Source of the DNA: Eubacteriales bacterium
Lineage (GTDB): Bacteria > Bacillota > Clostridia > Oscillospirales > CAG-272
DNA: 51,805 nucleotides
Direction: 5' to 3'
NCBI GenBank assembly: GCA_045653185.1
Contig: JAZOLQ010000040.1
Location: 1-51,805, forward strand
In this document: piece by piece, positions 7,659-16,840 of the stretch
How positions within the stretch are numbered: the stretch's first letter is position 1
How the letters are laid out: every line of letters begins with the position of its first letter
Translations under genes and position numbers: made by a program
The notes under the pieces: generated by a model
What the model saw: the letters and a program-made list of their open reading frames with translations, nothing else
Database searches by the model: none
Told to the model about the DNA's origin: nothing

Positions 7659-8438
7659 TCATTTTTCGTTTTCGTCGCTATCCTCGTTTGAGTATTTCAA
7701 AAGCTTGCGCAATCTTTCGGTCTGCTCATTTACGCTTTCCTGCTTCAAATTATAAAGCTTGCCCTCGGACATTGGCGTTTGAAGGTCTTCTTTATAATCC
7801 TCAGCTTCATCGGATATGTAAAGAGGCTTGTTTTTTGCAAAAATGTTCATTTTAAGACGTCTTTCTTGTCCTATTGCGAACAGGGTGAGAAAGATATTTA
7901 TCGCAAACAGAGCAACGAAAACTATCCACAAAGGGAACAGAGAATATTTAAGAGTTACCGTGTAGAAAAGGATAGAGTGATAGAGCTTTGTGAGAAGCTC
8001 GGGGAAGAAGACTATCGGCAGAGTGAGAGCTTCGAGAGAGAGAAGAAAGGCTCTGTTCGGAATGATTGAGAGATATACGTTTTTCTGCTTGGAGTTTGTG
8101 TCGTTTTGTGAGGAGAGAAATGCCGACAGTGAGAAGATATGCACGGCAAGTCCAAGAAGAAAGAGCAGAGCAAAAACTATCAGTGCTATAAATACCAGCT
8201 GACAAAACAGCGTTTCGTCGGCGGTCTTTTGCGTTCCTGCAGAAAAGAGATATTTTCGTGAGCTTACCCAAGCGTATTTCATAAGCTCGGCAAGAGATAT
8301 AGCCATTCTTGATTCAGAATCGAGGCTGTATCTTATACAAGGGATAAACGCAAGTATTACGAATACAAGGTCGGAAAGAAGCGGGAAAATATATCGCGCG
8401 TATACGAGCGATAGGGCTCTTTTATCTTTTCTTTTCAT
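7659..8438 (-). CDS. membrane protein of unknown function with an acidic C-terminal tail
   Basis: About 4-5 hydrophobic helices, then a charged tail (EDSDENEK). The start is 11 nt after the cdd stop, with a GGAGA RBS. Confidence 0.65.
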   Translation of the reverse strand: MKRKDKRALSLVYARYIFPLLSDLVFVILAFIPCIRYSLDSESRMAISLAELMKYAWVSSRKYLFSAGTQKTADETLFCQLVFIALIVFALLFLLGLAVHIFSLSAFLSSQNDTNSKQKNVYLSIIPNRAFLLSLEALTLPIVFFPELLTKLYHSILFYTVTLKYSLFPLWIVFVALFAINIFLTLFAIGQERRLKMNIFAKNKPLYISDEAEDYKEDLQTPMSEGKLYNLKQESVNEQTERLRKLLKYSNEDSDENEK

Positions 8439-8449
8439 ATTATCTCCAT

Positions 8450-8848
8450 TTATAGCTTAAAATTTAGCGGAAGCAGCTCGGCAAGAGTGAATATTTTTTG
8501 CTCTCCCTTACTGTCGGCAAGAATTATTTTAAAATCGTCATGGCAAAACTCGCTCATTACCTGTCTGCATACCCCACAGGGAGAGCAGAAGCCAAAATTT
8601 TTGGCGGACGCGCTTGCGCCGACTATCGCTATTGCCTCAAATTGACGCTCACCATCGCTTACTGCCTTGAAGAATGCCACTCTTTCGGCACAGCAGGTCG
8701 GAGTATAAGACGCCGATTCAACGTTACAGCCGGTATATATTTTACCGTCCGCGCAAAGCAGGGCAGCCCCAACGTTGAAGGAGGAATATGGAGAATATGC
8801 ACGTTCTTTAGCTTCAAGCGCTTTTTTTATCAACAAATTACAGTCCAT
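8450..8848 (-). CDS. cdd: cytidine deaminase
   Basis: Zinc-binding motifs CAERVA and CSPCGVCRQ. At 132 aa it matches the homotetrameric type. Confidence 0.95.
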   Translation of the reverse strand: MDCNLLIKKALEAKERAYSPYSSFNVGAALLCADGKIYTGCNVESASYTPTCCAERVAFFKAVSDGERQFEAIAIVGASASAKNFGFCSPCGVCRQVMSEFCHDDFKIILADSKGEQKIFTLAELLPLNFKL

Positions 8849-8857
8849 AAATTATCC

Positions 8858-10030
8858 TTACTTGAATTTTAAATTTATCGGTTTGCCGTCGGACACAAAA
8901 TCAAGCTCAAAGAGCGATGCAAGCGTCGCGGCAATGTCGGCAAAGCTTGAGCGCGTGCCGAAATTTTCGGGTATGATATCCTTTGAATAGATAAGGAGCG
9001 GAGTATATTCTCCCGTATGGTCGGTTGACGCAAAGAAGGATGGGTCGCATCCGTGGTCGGCGGAGATGAAGAGTATATCGCCGTCGCGCATTTTCTCGGT
9101 AAAGCGACGAATAAATACGTCAAAAGCGTTCAGCGCTTCGGCATATCCCAAAACGTCGCGCCTGTGTCCGTATTTCATGTCAAAATCAACAAGGTTTACA
9201 AAGCAAAGTCCCGAAAAATCCTGCATAAGAAGTTCTTTCGTTAGTTCCATACCCTCGTCGTTTGAGTGGGTGAGAAGTTTTTTGGAAAACTTTTTGTCGG
9301 CAAAAATATCGCCTATCTTGCCAACCGCAATAGAGTCAAGTCCAGCCTTGAAAAATGCCTCAGGAAGAAGATTTGACGGAGGCTCGAGCGAAAAATCACG
9401 TCTTGCGTCGGTCCTGTAAAAATCGGGCGCTTTGCCCGCAAAGGGACGAGCAATAACTCTGCCTACTCCGTATTTGCCAGAGAGCAGAGAACGAGCCTTT
9501 TTGCAGACGTCGTATAGCTCGTCGGTATTTAGGACATCCTCGTGCGCGGCTATCTGAAAAACGCTGTCAGCCGAGGTGTATACGATAAGCTTTCCGCTCT
9601 TTATGTGTTCCTCGCCGAAATCCCTTATTACGTCTGTTCCCGAATAAGGACGGTTACAGAGCACACCTCTGCCCGAGATCCTTGAAAACTCAGCGATCAG
9701 CCCTTCGGGAAATCCCTCGGGAAAGGTGGGAAGGGGAGAATTTGAGATATGTCCCGCTATCTCCCAATGACCTATGGTCGTGTCCTTGCCCTCGGAGGCT
9801 TCTGTCATTCTCGCATAAGCGGAGGTAGGAGAGCTTACGCTTCCAAGAAAAGAAAGCGAGTCAATATTGCCAAGTCCCATTTCGAGAAGATTGTTTATTT
9901 TAAGCGCTCCGCTTTTTGCAAGACTGCCAAGCGTTGAAGCGCCCGCATCTCCAAATTTTTCTGAGTCGGGCATCTCGCCCGCGCCAAGACTGTCAAGCAC
10001 TATCAGAAATGCCCGTTTGAATTTTTTCAT
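8858..10030 (-). CDS. deoB: phosphopentomutase
   Basis: N-terminal FLIVLDSLGAGEMPD and C-terminal SADHGCDP are typical of DeoB. Confidence 0.95.
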   Translation of the reverse strand: MKKFKRAFLIVLDSLGAGEMPDSEKFGDAGASTLGSLAKSGALKINNLLEMGLGNIDSLSFLGSVSSPTSAYARMTEASEGKDTTIGHWEIAGHISNSPLPTFPEGFPEGLIAEFSRISGRGVLCNRPYSGTDVIRDFGEEHIKSGKLIVYTSADSVFQIAAHEDVLNTDELYDVCKKARSLLSGKYGVGRVIARPFAGKAPDFYRTDARRDFSLEPPSNLLPEAFFKAGLDSIAVGKIGDIFADKKFSKKLLTHSNDEGMELTKELLMQDFSGLCFVNLVDFDMKYGHRRDVLGYAEALNAFDVFIRRFTEKMRDGDILFISADHGCDPSFFASTDHTGEYTPLLIYSKDIIPENFGTRSSFADIAATLASLFELDFVSDGKPINLKFK

Positions 10031-10038
10031 CTTTTACC

Positions 10039-10764
10039 TCAAAGCTTTATTGCAAGCTCAAGAGCCAAAGTCATCATATCGGTGAACGAGGTCTGACGCT
10101 CGTATGCGGGGAGAGCCTCGCCTGTGACAAGCGAGTCGGAAACCGTGCAGATGGCGAGCGCGTTCTTACCTGCCCTCGCAGCGTTCATATAGAGAGCCGC
10201 CGCCTCCATCTCGACTGCAAGCACACCCATTTTGCCCCAAGCCATAGTATCCTCTGAAAAATCGTTGTAAAAGGTGTCGGAGGAAAGCAGATTTCCAACC
10301 TTGTAGGAAAGCGAGAGCTCTTCGGCAATTTTTGCCGCTTCGCTGAGAACCTTGTAGCTCGCGATAGGAGCGTAAGTGCCGCAGAGGTGATACTGCTCGG
10401 AGTAGCTTGAATTAGTGCAAGCGCCCATTCCGAGAACGATATCTCGGAGAGAGAGTTTTTCGCTGATAGCGCCCGCAGAGCCTATTCTGATAATATTCTC
10501 AACCTCGAAAAAGTTAAAAAGCTCATAGCTGTATATTCCCATAGAGGGCATGCCCATTCCGCTTGCCATAACAGAGACAGGCTTTCCTTTATAAGTTCCC
10601 GTATAGCCCGAAATTCCTCTTACGTTGTTAAAAAGAACGGCATTTTCAAGGAAATTATGCGCAACAAACTCAGAGCGAAGCGGGTCACCGGGCATAAGCA
10701 CGGTTTTTGCTATCTGTCCGGGCGTTGCGTTTATGTGCGGTGTCGGATAGTTTTTATTTTCCAT
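10039..10764 (-). CDS. deoD: purine nucleoside phosphorylase, DeoD type
   Basis: TPHINA...VLMPGDPLR, SGMGMPS and VEMEAAALY motifs. Confidence 0.95.
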   Translation of the reverse strand: MENKNYPTPHINATPGQIAKTVLMPGDPLRSEFVAHNFLENAVLFNNVRGISGYTGTYKGKPVSVMASGMGMPSMGIYSYELFNFFEVENIIRIGSAGAISEKLSLRDIVLGMGACTNSSYSEQYHLCGTYAPIASYKVLSEAAKIAEELSLSYKVGNLLSSDTFYNDFSEDTMAWGKMGVLAVEMEAAALYMNAARAGKNALAICTVSDSLVTGEALPAYERQTSFTDMMTLALELAIKL

Positions 10765-10781
10765 AGCAATATCTCCTGTGT

Positions 10782-11378
10782 TTATTTTTCGGGAGCTTCG
10801 ATTCCCTCCATATAGTACGATGCCTCCATATCCGCGACGCAGAGAGCGAAGGCGAGAGGGAACATCTCAAGCGCCTTGCCGACCTGATTTGCGTCCTCAG
10901 GGCCTGAAAATCCCATGTGGTATCTTATGGCAAATGCTTCGTCGCGCGTGAGCTTCATATATCCTGAAATTATGTAGACCGATTTTTCACCGTGTCCGTA
11001 TGGCAGAGTATCCTCTATCGTATAATAAGGAACAGACTCCCACACACCGTTCTTCTTCACGTTTCTCATCTCTGTGCGATAAAAATTCACCTTGCAAAGA
11101 TCGTGCAAGAGAGCGGCTATCGCAAGAGACTCGTCGGAAAAATGAAATCCGTATTTCTCTTTGAAGCGGGGACGGTTGACAAAATCGCAAAGACATTCGT
11201 AAACGTTCAAGCTGTGCTCAAGCAAACCTCCCTCATAAGAGCCGTGGAAGCGAGTGCTTGCGGGAGCGGTGAAAAAGTCGCTTTTTTCGGGAGAACAGAG
11301 AAAATCGAGCAGCTTATCCGAGCCCTCGCGTGTTATACAAGAACGGTAAATTTGAATAAATTTTTCTCTATTAGTCAT
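10782..11378 (-). CDS. HD-domain phosphohydrolase
   Basis: H...HD metal-binding pattern (FHGSYEGGLLEHS, ALLHDLCK, YGHGEKS). It is the first gene of the nucleoside operon. Confidence 0.8.
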   Translation of the reverse strand: MTNREKFIQIYRSCITREGSDKLLDFLCSPEKSDFFTAPASTRFHGSYEGGLLEHSLNVYECLCDFVNRPRFKEKYGFHFSDESLAIAALLHDLCKVNFYRTEMRNVKKNGVWESVPYYTIEDTLPYGHGEKSVYIISGYMKLTRDEAFAIRYHMGFSGPEDANQVGKALEMFPLAFALCVADMEASYYMEGIEAPEK

Positions 11379-11553
11379 AATTTTTTGATCCCTTCATAAA
11401 CTTAATGATGACACGATAAGCATAGCCTGACAGGCTATCAATAGTATTTTACCACAAATCCGTATATAAATCAATATATGTTTAAAACATAAAAATAAAT
11501 ATCGCATCCTCGATTAGAGGAAAATAAAAATAAGACTGTATAAGGGGGAAAGT

Positions 11554-12753
11554 ATGTTCAGAAAAAAAGAATGTGTTGCAATGCTTCTTGCGGGCGGACA
11601 AGGAAGCAGACTTTACACGCTGACCGCAAATACCGCGAAGCCCGCGGTGTCTTTTGGGGGGAAATACCGCATAATCGATTTTACGCTGTCGAACTGTATC
11701 AATTCGGGAATAGACACTGTTGGGGTTCTTACTCAATATCAGCCGTTTGTGCTGAACGATTATATAGGGAACGGACTTCCGTGGGATCTTGACCGCGCTT
11801 ACGGCGGAGTCAAGATACTGCCGCCCTATCAAGGCAAAAAAGGCGCGGACTGGTACAGGGGGACTGCCAACGCCATATATCAAAATCTCGAGTTTATTGA
11901 GAATTACGATCCAGAATATATTTTGATACTTTCTGGCGACCATATCTACAAGATGGATTATTCCAAAATGGTCGATTATCACAAGAAAAAGGGCGCTGAC
12001 TGTACTATCGCGGTAATAGAAGTTCCCATAAAGGAGGCGAGCCGATTTGGCATAATGAGCGTAAGGGAGGACGGCGAGATATTCAAATTTACTGAAAAGC
12101 CCGCAGAGCCCGACAGCACAAAGGCTTCTATGGGGATATATATATTCAACAAGAAAAAGCTCTTTGATTATCTTTGCGAGGACGAGGCTGACAAGAACAG
12201 CTCCAACGATTTTGGAAAGAATATAATCCCCAAAATGCTGAAATGCGGGGAGAAGATGTTTGCGTATCCTTTTTCGGGATATTGGAAGGACGTTGGCACG
12301 ATACCGTCCTTGTGGGAAGCGAACAACGACCTTTTGGGCGACTCGCCCTTACTGAGACTTGACGATGAGAGCTGGAGGATATATTCACGCCACGAGCCCT
12401 GTTCTCCGCACTTCGTTGATGCCGAGGCTGAGGTAGAGAACAGCTATCTCACCGAAGGGTGCAGGATATACGGAAAGGTAAAAAACTCAGTCATAGGCCC
12501 GAGTGTGACGGTAGAGCGCGGAGCAGAGGTGAACGATTCGGTGATCTTTGAGGGCGTTTGTATCGGAGAGGGAGCAAAGGTGAATTATTCGATAATCGAT
12601 AGGGACGTAAGGATAGGCAAGGACGCCTCGATAGGAGTTGATAAGGAAATTTCGGGCGGAATTACAGTTATCGGAGCGAGAGTCAGTGTGAACAATGGCG
12701 TGCGTATTGCTGACAAAAAGATGATATCGGCGGTAAAGGAGGATCGAGTATGA
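11554..12753 (+). CDS. glgC: glucose-1-phosphate adenylyltransferase
   Basis: LAGGQGSRL...KPAV, the RIIDF motif, and C-terminal left-handed beta-helix repeats. Confidence 0.95.
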   Translation: MFRKKECVAMLLAGGQGSRLYTLTANTAKPAVSFGGKYRIIDFTLSNCINSGIDTVGVLTQYQPFVLNDYIGNGLPWDLDRAYGGVKILPPYQGKKGADWYRGTANAIYQNLEFIENYDPEYILILSGDHIYKMDYSKMVDYHKKKGADCTIAVIEVPIKEASRFGIMSVREDGEIFKFTEKPAEPDSTKASMGIYIFNKKKLFDYLCEDEADKNSSNDFGKNIIPKMLKCGEKMFAYPFSGYWKDVGTIPSLWEANNDLLGDSPLLRLDDESWRIYSRHEPCSPHFVDAEAEVENSYLTEGCRIYGKVKNSVIGPSVTVERGAEVNDSVIFEGVCIGEGAKVNYSIIDRDVRIGKDASIGVDKEISGGITVIGARVSVNNGVRIADKKMISAVKEDRV

Positions 12754-13886
12754 GCGCGGCAGGACTTATTTTTTCAAATATACACGATTCATCGTTGCCT
12801 GAGCTTACGGCAAGAAGAACGATGGGGTCTGTCCCCTTTGGGTGCAGATACAGGCTGATAGATTTTCCGCTTTCCAATATGGTCAATGCGGGGATATCAA
12901 AGGTCGGAGTTGTCACACATAACAACTATCAATCGCTTATGGATCATATCGGAACGGGGAAGGACTGGGATCTCGCGAGGAGATCGGGCGGAATAAAACT
13001 GCTTCCGCCGTTTATAACCGCTTACGAAAATTCTGTATCAAAGCGCCTTTACAACACAAGACTCGAGGCGCTTATCGGTGTGAGCAATTTTATCTCAAGG
13101 TGCAGTGAAGAGCATATAGTTTTTTCTGACAGCGACATCATCTGCAACATAGATATCGCAGATGTGATACGAACTCATGAGGAAAAGGGCGCAGATATAA
13201 CGATTGTAAGCCGAAAGATCGAGAGTGACGAGTTCCTTCGCTCTGATGACGTATACGCTCTTTTTTCCGACTTCAACGGCAGAGTCAGCGGAGTGACGCC
13301 GATAAATACAGACACGCCTTTCGATGCAAGAGTGAGCATGAATATAATAGTTGTTGGCAGACTTTATCTAATAGGTCTTATAAATGAGGCAATATCCTGC
13401 GGATACACCGATTTTTACAGAGATATAATCGCCAGAGTTATAAAAAAGGGCAATACCTATGAGTATTGCTTTGACGGTATATTCCTGAAGCTCAATTCTC
13501 TTGAGAGCTATTTTTCTTCATCTATGAGACTTTTGGAGGAGGGAGTGAGGAAGGATATTCTCGGTGTAGAGGGCAGACCGATATATACTAAGGTGCGGAA
13601 TTCCGCCCCCACACTTTATAAAAAGGCGTCTTCGGTAAAGAATTCCTTTGTGGCGGACGGCTGTGTGATAGAGGGAGAGGTTGAAAATTCTATCATCTTC
13701 CGAGGAGTAAAGATAGGAAAGGGAAGCGTGGTCAAAAATTCGATACTCCTTCAGGGAACTTTTGTCGGAAATAACGTTCGTCTTGGATGTGTTATAAGCG
13801 ACAAGGACGTCATAATAAAGGATGGCAGAGAGCTTTCGGGACACAAAACTATGCCGTTTTTCATCTCAAAGGGAAGAAGTGTTTGA
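12750..13886 (+). CDS. glgD: glucose-1-phosphate adenylyltransferase regulatory subunit GlgD
   Basis: ATGA overlap with glgC. It is a GlgC paralog with a degenerate N-terminal GxGxR motif ([15 protein letters not shown]), as seen in Firmicute GlgD. Confidence 0.9.
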   Translation: MSAAGLIFSNIHDSSLPELTARRTMGSVPFGCRYRLIDFPLSNMVNAGISKVGVVTHNNYQSLMDHIGTGKDWDLARRSGGIKLLPPFITAYENSVSKRLYNTRLEALIGVSNFISRCSEEHIVFSDSDIICNIDIADVIRTHEEKGADITIVSRKIESDEFLRSDDVYALFSDFNGRVSGVTPINTDTPFDARVSMNIIVVGRLYLIGLINEAISCGYTDFYRDIIARVIKKGNTYEYCFDGIFLKLNSLESYFSSSMRLLEEGVRKDILGVEGRPIYTKVRNSAPTLYKKASSVKNSFVADGCVIEGEVENSIIFRGVKIGKGSVVKNSILLQGTFVGNNVRLGCVISDKDVIIKDGRELSGHKTMPFFISKGRSV

Positions 13887-13903
13887 GAATTTGCCGATAA
13901 TAC

Positions 13904-13932
13904 TTGACCTTAGCTCAAAAAAGAGATATAAT
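13904..13932 (+). promoter_or_regulatory. sigma-A type promoter
   Basis: TTGACC (13904-13909), 17-nt spacer, TATAAT (13927-13932). Confidence 0.6.
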
Positions 13933-13978
13933 ATAGCCGTATAGAGATATTTGTGCGTTTTATAAGGAGATACGGCTA

Positions 13979-14314
13979 ATGGGACTATTCAAAAGACTTA
14001 CAAAAAGCAAAAACCCCGACAGTAAGAAATACCGCAGGGAAATGGCGGAAATGATATGCGGACAGCATATAAAATACGTCACCGAGCGTATTGACGACGT
14101 TGAAACTGTTATAGGACGCAATGGGGGACTTAATATACGAAACGAGGAGTTTATCGTTTATGCTTCGGCAGACGTTATCTTCAGATGTCCGCTTGACGAG
14201 CTTCGCGCGAGCGAGCTGCTCTCTAAGGACGGCGTAGTACTCACGGGTCCCGACCTTGAGCACGGCGGAAAAGAACGCACGATCATTGCTTTTTACGTTT
14301 ATTATAGGAAATAA
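13979..14314 (+). CDS. hypothetical protein (111 aa)
   Basis: AAGGAG RBS, its own promoter and terminator. I recognise no motif. Confidence 0.6.
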   Translation: MGLFKRLTKSKNPDSKKYRREMAEMICGQHIKYVTERIDDVETVIGRNGGLNIRNEEFIVYASADVIFRCPLDELRASELLSKDGVVLTGPDLEHGGKERTIIAFYVYYRK

Positions 14315-14316
14315 AG

Positions 14317-14344
14317 AAAAGGGCTGAGTATCAGCCCTTTTTTG
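14317..14344. terminator. bidirectional terminator
   Basis: aaagggctga/tcagcccttt stem around a gta loop, followed by a T-run. It lies between convergent genes. Confidence 0.8.
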
Positions 14345-14347
14345 ATG

Positions 14348-15628
14348 TCAAATTTCTAAATTTTCAAATATCTCAATAAGCTCGGAATACATATAAAGCG
14401 AGCCAAGGCAGAAAAGGGGAGCTTTGTCCGCTTTTGCTTTTTTGATGGCTGTCTGTAACGCTTCCTCTAACGAGTCAAACGCCGCAGCCTTTATAGAATG
14501 GTTTTCAAGAACCGAGGCATATTCCCTTGCGTCAAGCGCTCTTGGATTGTCGGGCGTTACGGTAAAAGCGTGTGAAGCAACAGCCGCAAGGTCAGATGCG
14601 ATAGCGTTATAATCCTTATCCTTCATCACTCCGCTAAGTACGTATACCTTCTCCTCGGGGAAATACGCCTTTATGCTTCTTACCGCCGCAGATATCCCCT
14701 CGGGGTTGTGCGCGCCGTCGTATATTATAATTGGGTCGCTTGATATAAGCTCAAATCTTGCGTGCCACTTTGCAGCCCTAAGTCCGAGGTATATGCTGTC
14801 CTCAGAGATAGAAAAGCCGTTAGAACGCAAAATATCGACCGCTGTGAGCACGTTTGCGGCGTTAAGCGGCTGATAAAGACCAAGCAAAGAGATATCAATG
14901 TTTTGTCTTTTGCCAAAATCAAATCTCGTTCCCGAGAGAGAGGTCTCAATATTTGATATTGATGAGCGGTCTGTGACGAAGAAGTCGGAGAGAGAGTCAA
15001 CAGCCTTTTTGCGAATTATATCCTCTGCCGCAGCGTCGTTTCCGCCAAAAAGGACGGGAACGCCTTTTTTTATTATCCCGGCTTTTTCATAAGCGATCTT
15101 TTCCACCGTATCGCCAAGAAACGCCGTGTGGTCAAGCGCGATACCCGTAATTACTGAAAGAAGCGGAGAGTCGATGATATTCGTGGAGTCAAGGCGTCCG
15201 CCCATGCCCGCTTCTAGAATGACGACGTCACACCCCTTGCGCTTGAAATACTCAAAGCCTATCGCGGTGATAAGCTCAAATTCCGTCGGTTTTTCTTCCA
15301 TAGAATCTGCAAACGGGCGCACGTACGAGGTGACCTCGGCAAGCTCGCCGTTTGATATGGGAGCGCCGTCAAAGCAGATGCGCTCGTTGAAAAATCTTAT
15401 ATAAGGAGAGGTGAAAAGACCTACCTTGTATCCCGACTCACGAAGGACCGAGTCAAGCATAGCGCAAAACGAGCCTTTGCCGTTAGTGCCTGCCACGTGA
15501 ATGAATTTGAGGCTTTTTTGAGGGTCGCCGAGCAGAGAACACAGCTTTTCTATACGTTCAAGCCCTGGCTTGCAAAAGCACCAGCTTATAGAGTGTATGT
15601 ATTCAATGGATTCAGTGTAATTCATCAT
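14348..15628 (-). CDS. folC: folylpolyglutamate synthase / dihydrofolate synthase
   Basis: HVAGTNGKGS P-loop and Mur-ligase architecture. I chose ATG 15628 (AGGAAAGGAAA-ATG). It overlaps the folT 3' end by 17 nt. Confidence 0.9.
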   Translation of the reverse strand: MMNYTESIEYIHSISWCFCKPGLERIEKLCSLLGDPQKSLKFIHVAGTNGKGSFCAMLDSVLRESGYKVGLFTSPYIRFFNERICFDGAPISNGELAEVTSYVRPFADSMEEKPTEFELITAIGFEYFKRKGCDVVILEAGMGGRLDSTNIIDSPLLSVITGIALDHTAFLGDTVEKIAYEKAGIIKKGVPVLFGGNDAAAEDIIRKKAVDSLSDFFVTDRSSISNIETSLSGTRFDFGKRQNIDISLLGLYQPLNAANVLTAVDILRSNGFSISEDSIYLGLRAAKWHARFELISSDPIIIYDGAHNPEGISAAVRSIKAYFPEEKVYVLSGVMKDKDYNAIASDLAAVASHAFTVTPDNPRALDAREYASVLENHSIKAAAFDSLEEALQTAIKKAKADKAPLFCLGSLYMYSELIEIFENLEI

Positions 15629-16166
15629 TTTCCTTTCCTGTATATCCGACAAGACGCGCGAAGTTTTTCCTTTTCAAAATGAAACAGATAACCGATATCT
15701 CAACAGGAGCTATCACGAGATACATAGGTATTCGCCAAAGCACCATAGTTCCGTAAAATTGATAAAGCCCTATCGGCTTTACTATCATAGAGCCGACGAT
15801 ATGCGCCGCTGCCCCTGAGACTATTATCTGCAAAGTTCCTCGTTTTTTTACGACGAAGCGTGATATAACACCCGACACAACACCCACAAGTGTTGCTCCG
15901 AGCGTTACTATAAGATTTGGCGGATATGCCTGAGCGGAAAAGAGATAGCTTATAAAGTCGGATGCCGCGCCGACGATACCGCCCGCAATAGGACCTAAAA
16001 CAAGCCCCGACAGAATTATCGGCATGTTTTCAAAGGTTACGCGGAAAAGTCCCATACCGAAGTTCAAAAATGTCTTGCAAAAAACACCTATAACTACGCT
16101 CAAAGCAGTCATCATAGCCGCCGTTGTTATTACGAGTAAATGCCGCGAAGTATATTTTTTTGACAT
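15612..16166 (-). CDS. folT: ECF transporter S component, folate family
   Basis: 184-aa 6-TM protein. The N-terminus RHLLVITTAAMMTALSVVIG is typical of ECF S components. It sits behind a THF riboswitch and before folC. Confidence 0.8.
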   Translation of the reverse strand: MSKKYTSRHLLVITTAAMMTALSVVIGVFCKTFLNFGMGLFRVTFENMPIILSGLVLGPIAGGIVGAASDFISYLFSAQAYPPNLIVTLGATLVGVVSGVISRFVVKKRGTLQIIVSGAAAHIVGSMIVKPIGLYQFYGTMVLWRIPMYLVIAPVEISVICFILKRKNFARLVGYTGKENDELH

Positions 16167-16237
16167 AAAAAATCCTCCTTTTCCTCAACTCATAGGCTTA
16201 AGGAGAAAGAAGGATGATATCCGACCTTATGCCGTAT
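16167..16237 (-). promoter_or_regulatory. riboswitch expression platform (SD-sequestering helix)
   Basis: Minus-strand AUCCUUCUUU (plus 16206-16215) can pair for 10 bp with AAAAGGAGGAU (plus 16172-16182), which contains the folT Shine-Dalgarno. Confidence 0.55.
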
Positions 16238-16334
16238 GAAGCGGGATGCAGAACACAAACCGCAAGCAGAAGCTTTTCGTCTTTTTGGCAACTCCCCGTC
16301 CTCAAAGCACTTCACGCCTGTATTCTTACTCTTC
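16238..16334 (-). promoter_or_regulatory. THF-I riboswitch aptamer (folT motif)
   Basis: The minus strand reads GAAGAGUAAGAAUACAGGCGUGAAGUGCUUUGAGGACGGGGAGUUGCCAAAAAGACGAAAAGCUUCUGCUUGCGGUUUGUGUUCUGCAUCCCGCUUC. It carries the conserved blocks AGAGUA(A)G, GCGUnAAGUG, GGGA, ACGAA(AA)GC, GCGGU and GCAUCC(C)GCU(U)C, in the same order as the crystallised Eubacterium siraeum THF aptamer. P1 (GAAG/CUUC) and P2 (AGAAUACA/UGUGUUCU) can be drawn. Confidence 0.8.
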
Positions 16335-16384
16335 TACACGAAATTCTCTTAATATATCTTTTTGTGAGAACACCTCACAAGAAT

Positions 16385-16412
16385 ATTATATCATAAAAGA
16401 AAATCTTGTCAA
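16385..16412 (-). promoter_or_regulatory. folT promoter
   Basis: On the minus strand: TTGACA (16412-16407), 16-nt spacer, TATAAT (16390-16385). Confidence 0.7.
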
Positions 16413-16498
16413 TAGAATTAAATAATAATATTGTTTTTTGGGATTATTGATGTTAAAAATGTATTGTATGAAAATTTATCGTACTTATTTTACACTCA

Positions 16499-16780
16499 TT
16501 GGAGGAAAACGAGTTAAAAAAGAGCTTTAAGTTCAGTATTCCTTCTGTTCTCATGGGAGACCTTAACTGTAAACAGAGCGAAGAGCCGTACAAGCTTCTT
16601 GACACTATAATGGACAACGTCAGACTCAGCGGAGCTCTCAAGTATAAAAACAATCTTGATTACGGCACTTTTTATACTCTTGGACAAGAACCGCATAAGG
16701 AGTGGGGATATATTATCGACCATACCCTCAATTCAACAGACCATACTCCGCTTTTGCTTGATATTGAATTCAAAAAATAA
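16499..16780 (+). pseudogene. C-terminal remnant of an endonuclease/exonuclease/phosphatase (EEP) family gene
   Basis: The 93-aa ORF holds only the last EEP motifs (VLMGDLN..., IDHTL...TDHTPLLLDIEF). No upstream EEP-coding sequence exists in any frame, and only AT-rich DNA precedes it. Confidence 0.5.
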
Positions 16781-16800
16781 TGCGGAAGTGACTATTAACA

Positions 16801-16838
16801 AAAAAACTGTCTCAAGCTCTTGCTTGAGACAGTTTTTT
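16801..16838. terminator. bidirectional terminator
   Basis: aaaaaactgtctcaagc/gcttgagacagtttttt perfect stem. Confidence 0.85.
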
Positions 16839-16840
16839 AT

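Noticed and set aside
16201-16300. Plus-strand sequence that superficially resembles a THF aptamer (GGAGAAAGAAGGAUGAU...GCGGGAUGCAG...ACACAAAC).
   Set aside because: No P1 or P2 closing helices can be formed on the plus strand, and nothing folate-related lies downstream on that strand. The minus-strand reading gives the full set of conserved blocks upstream of folT.
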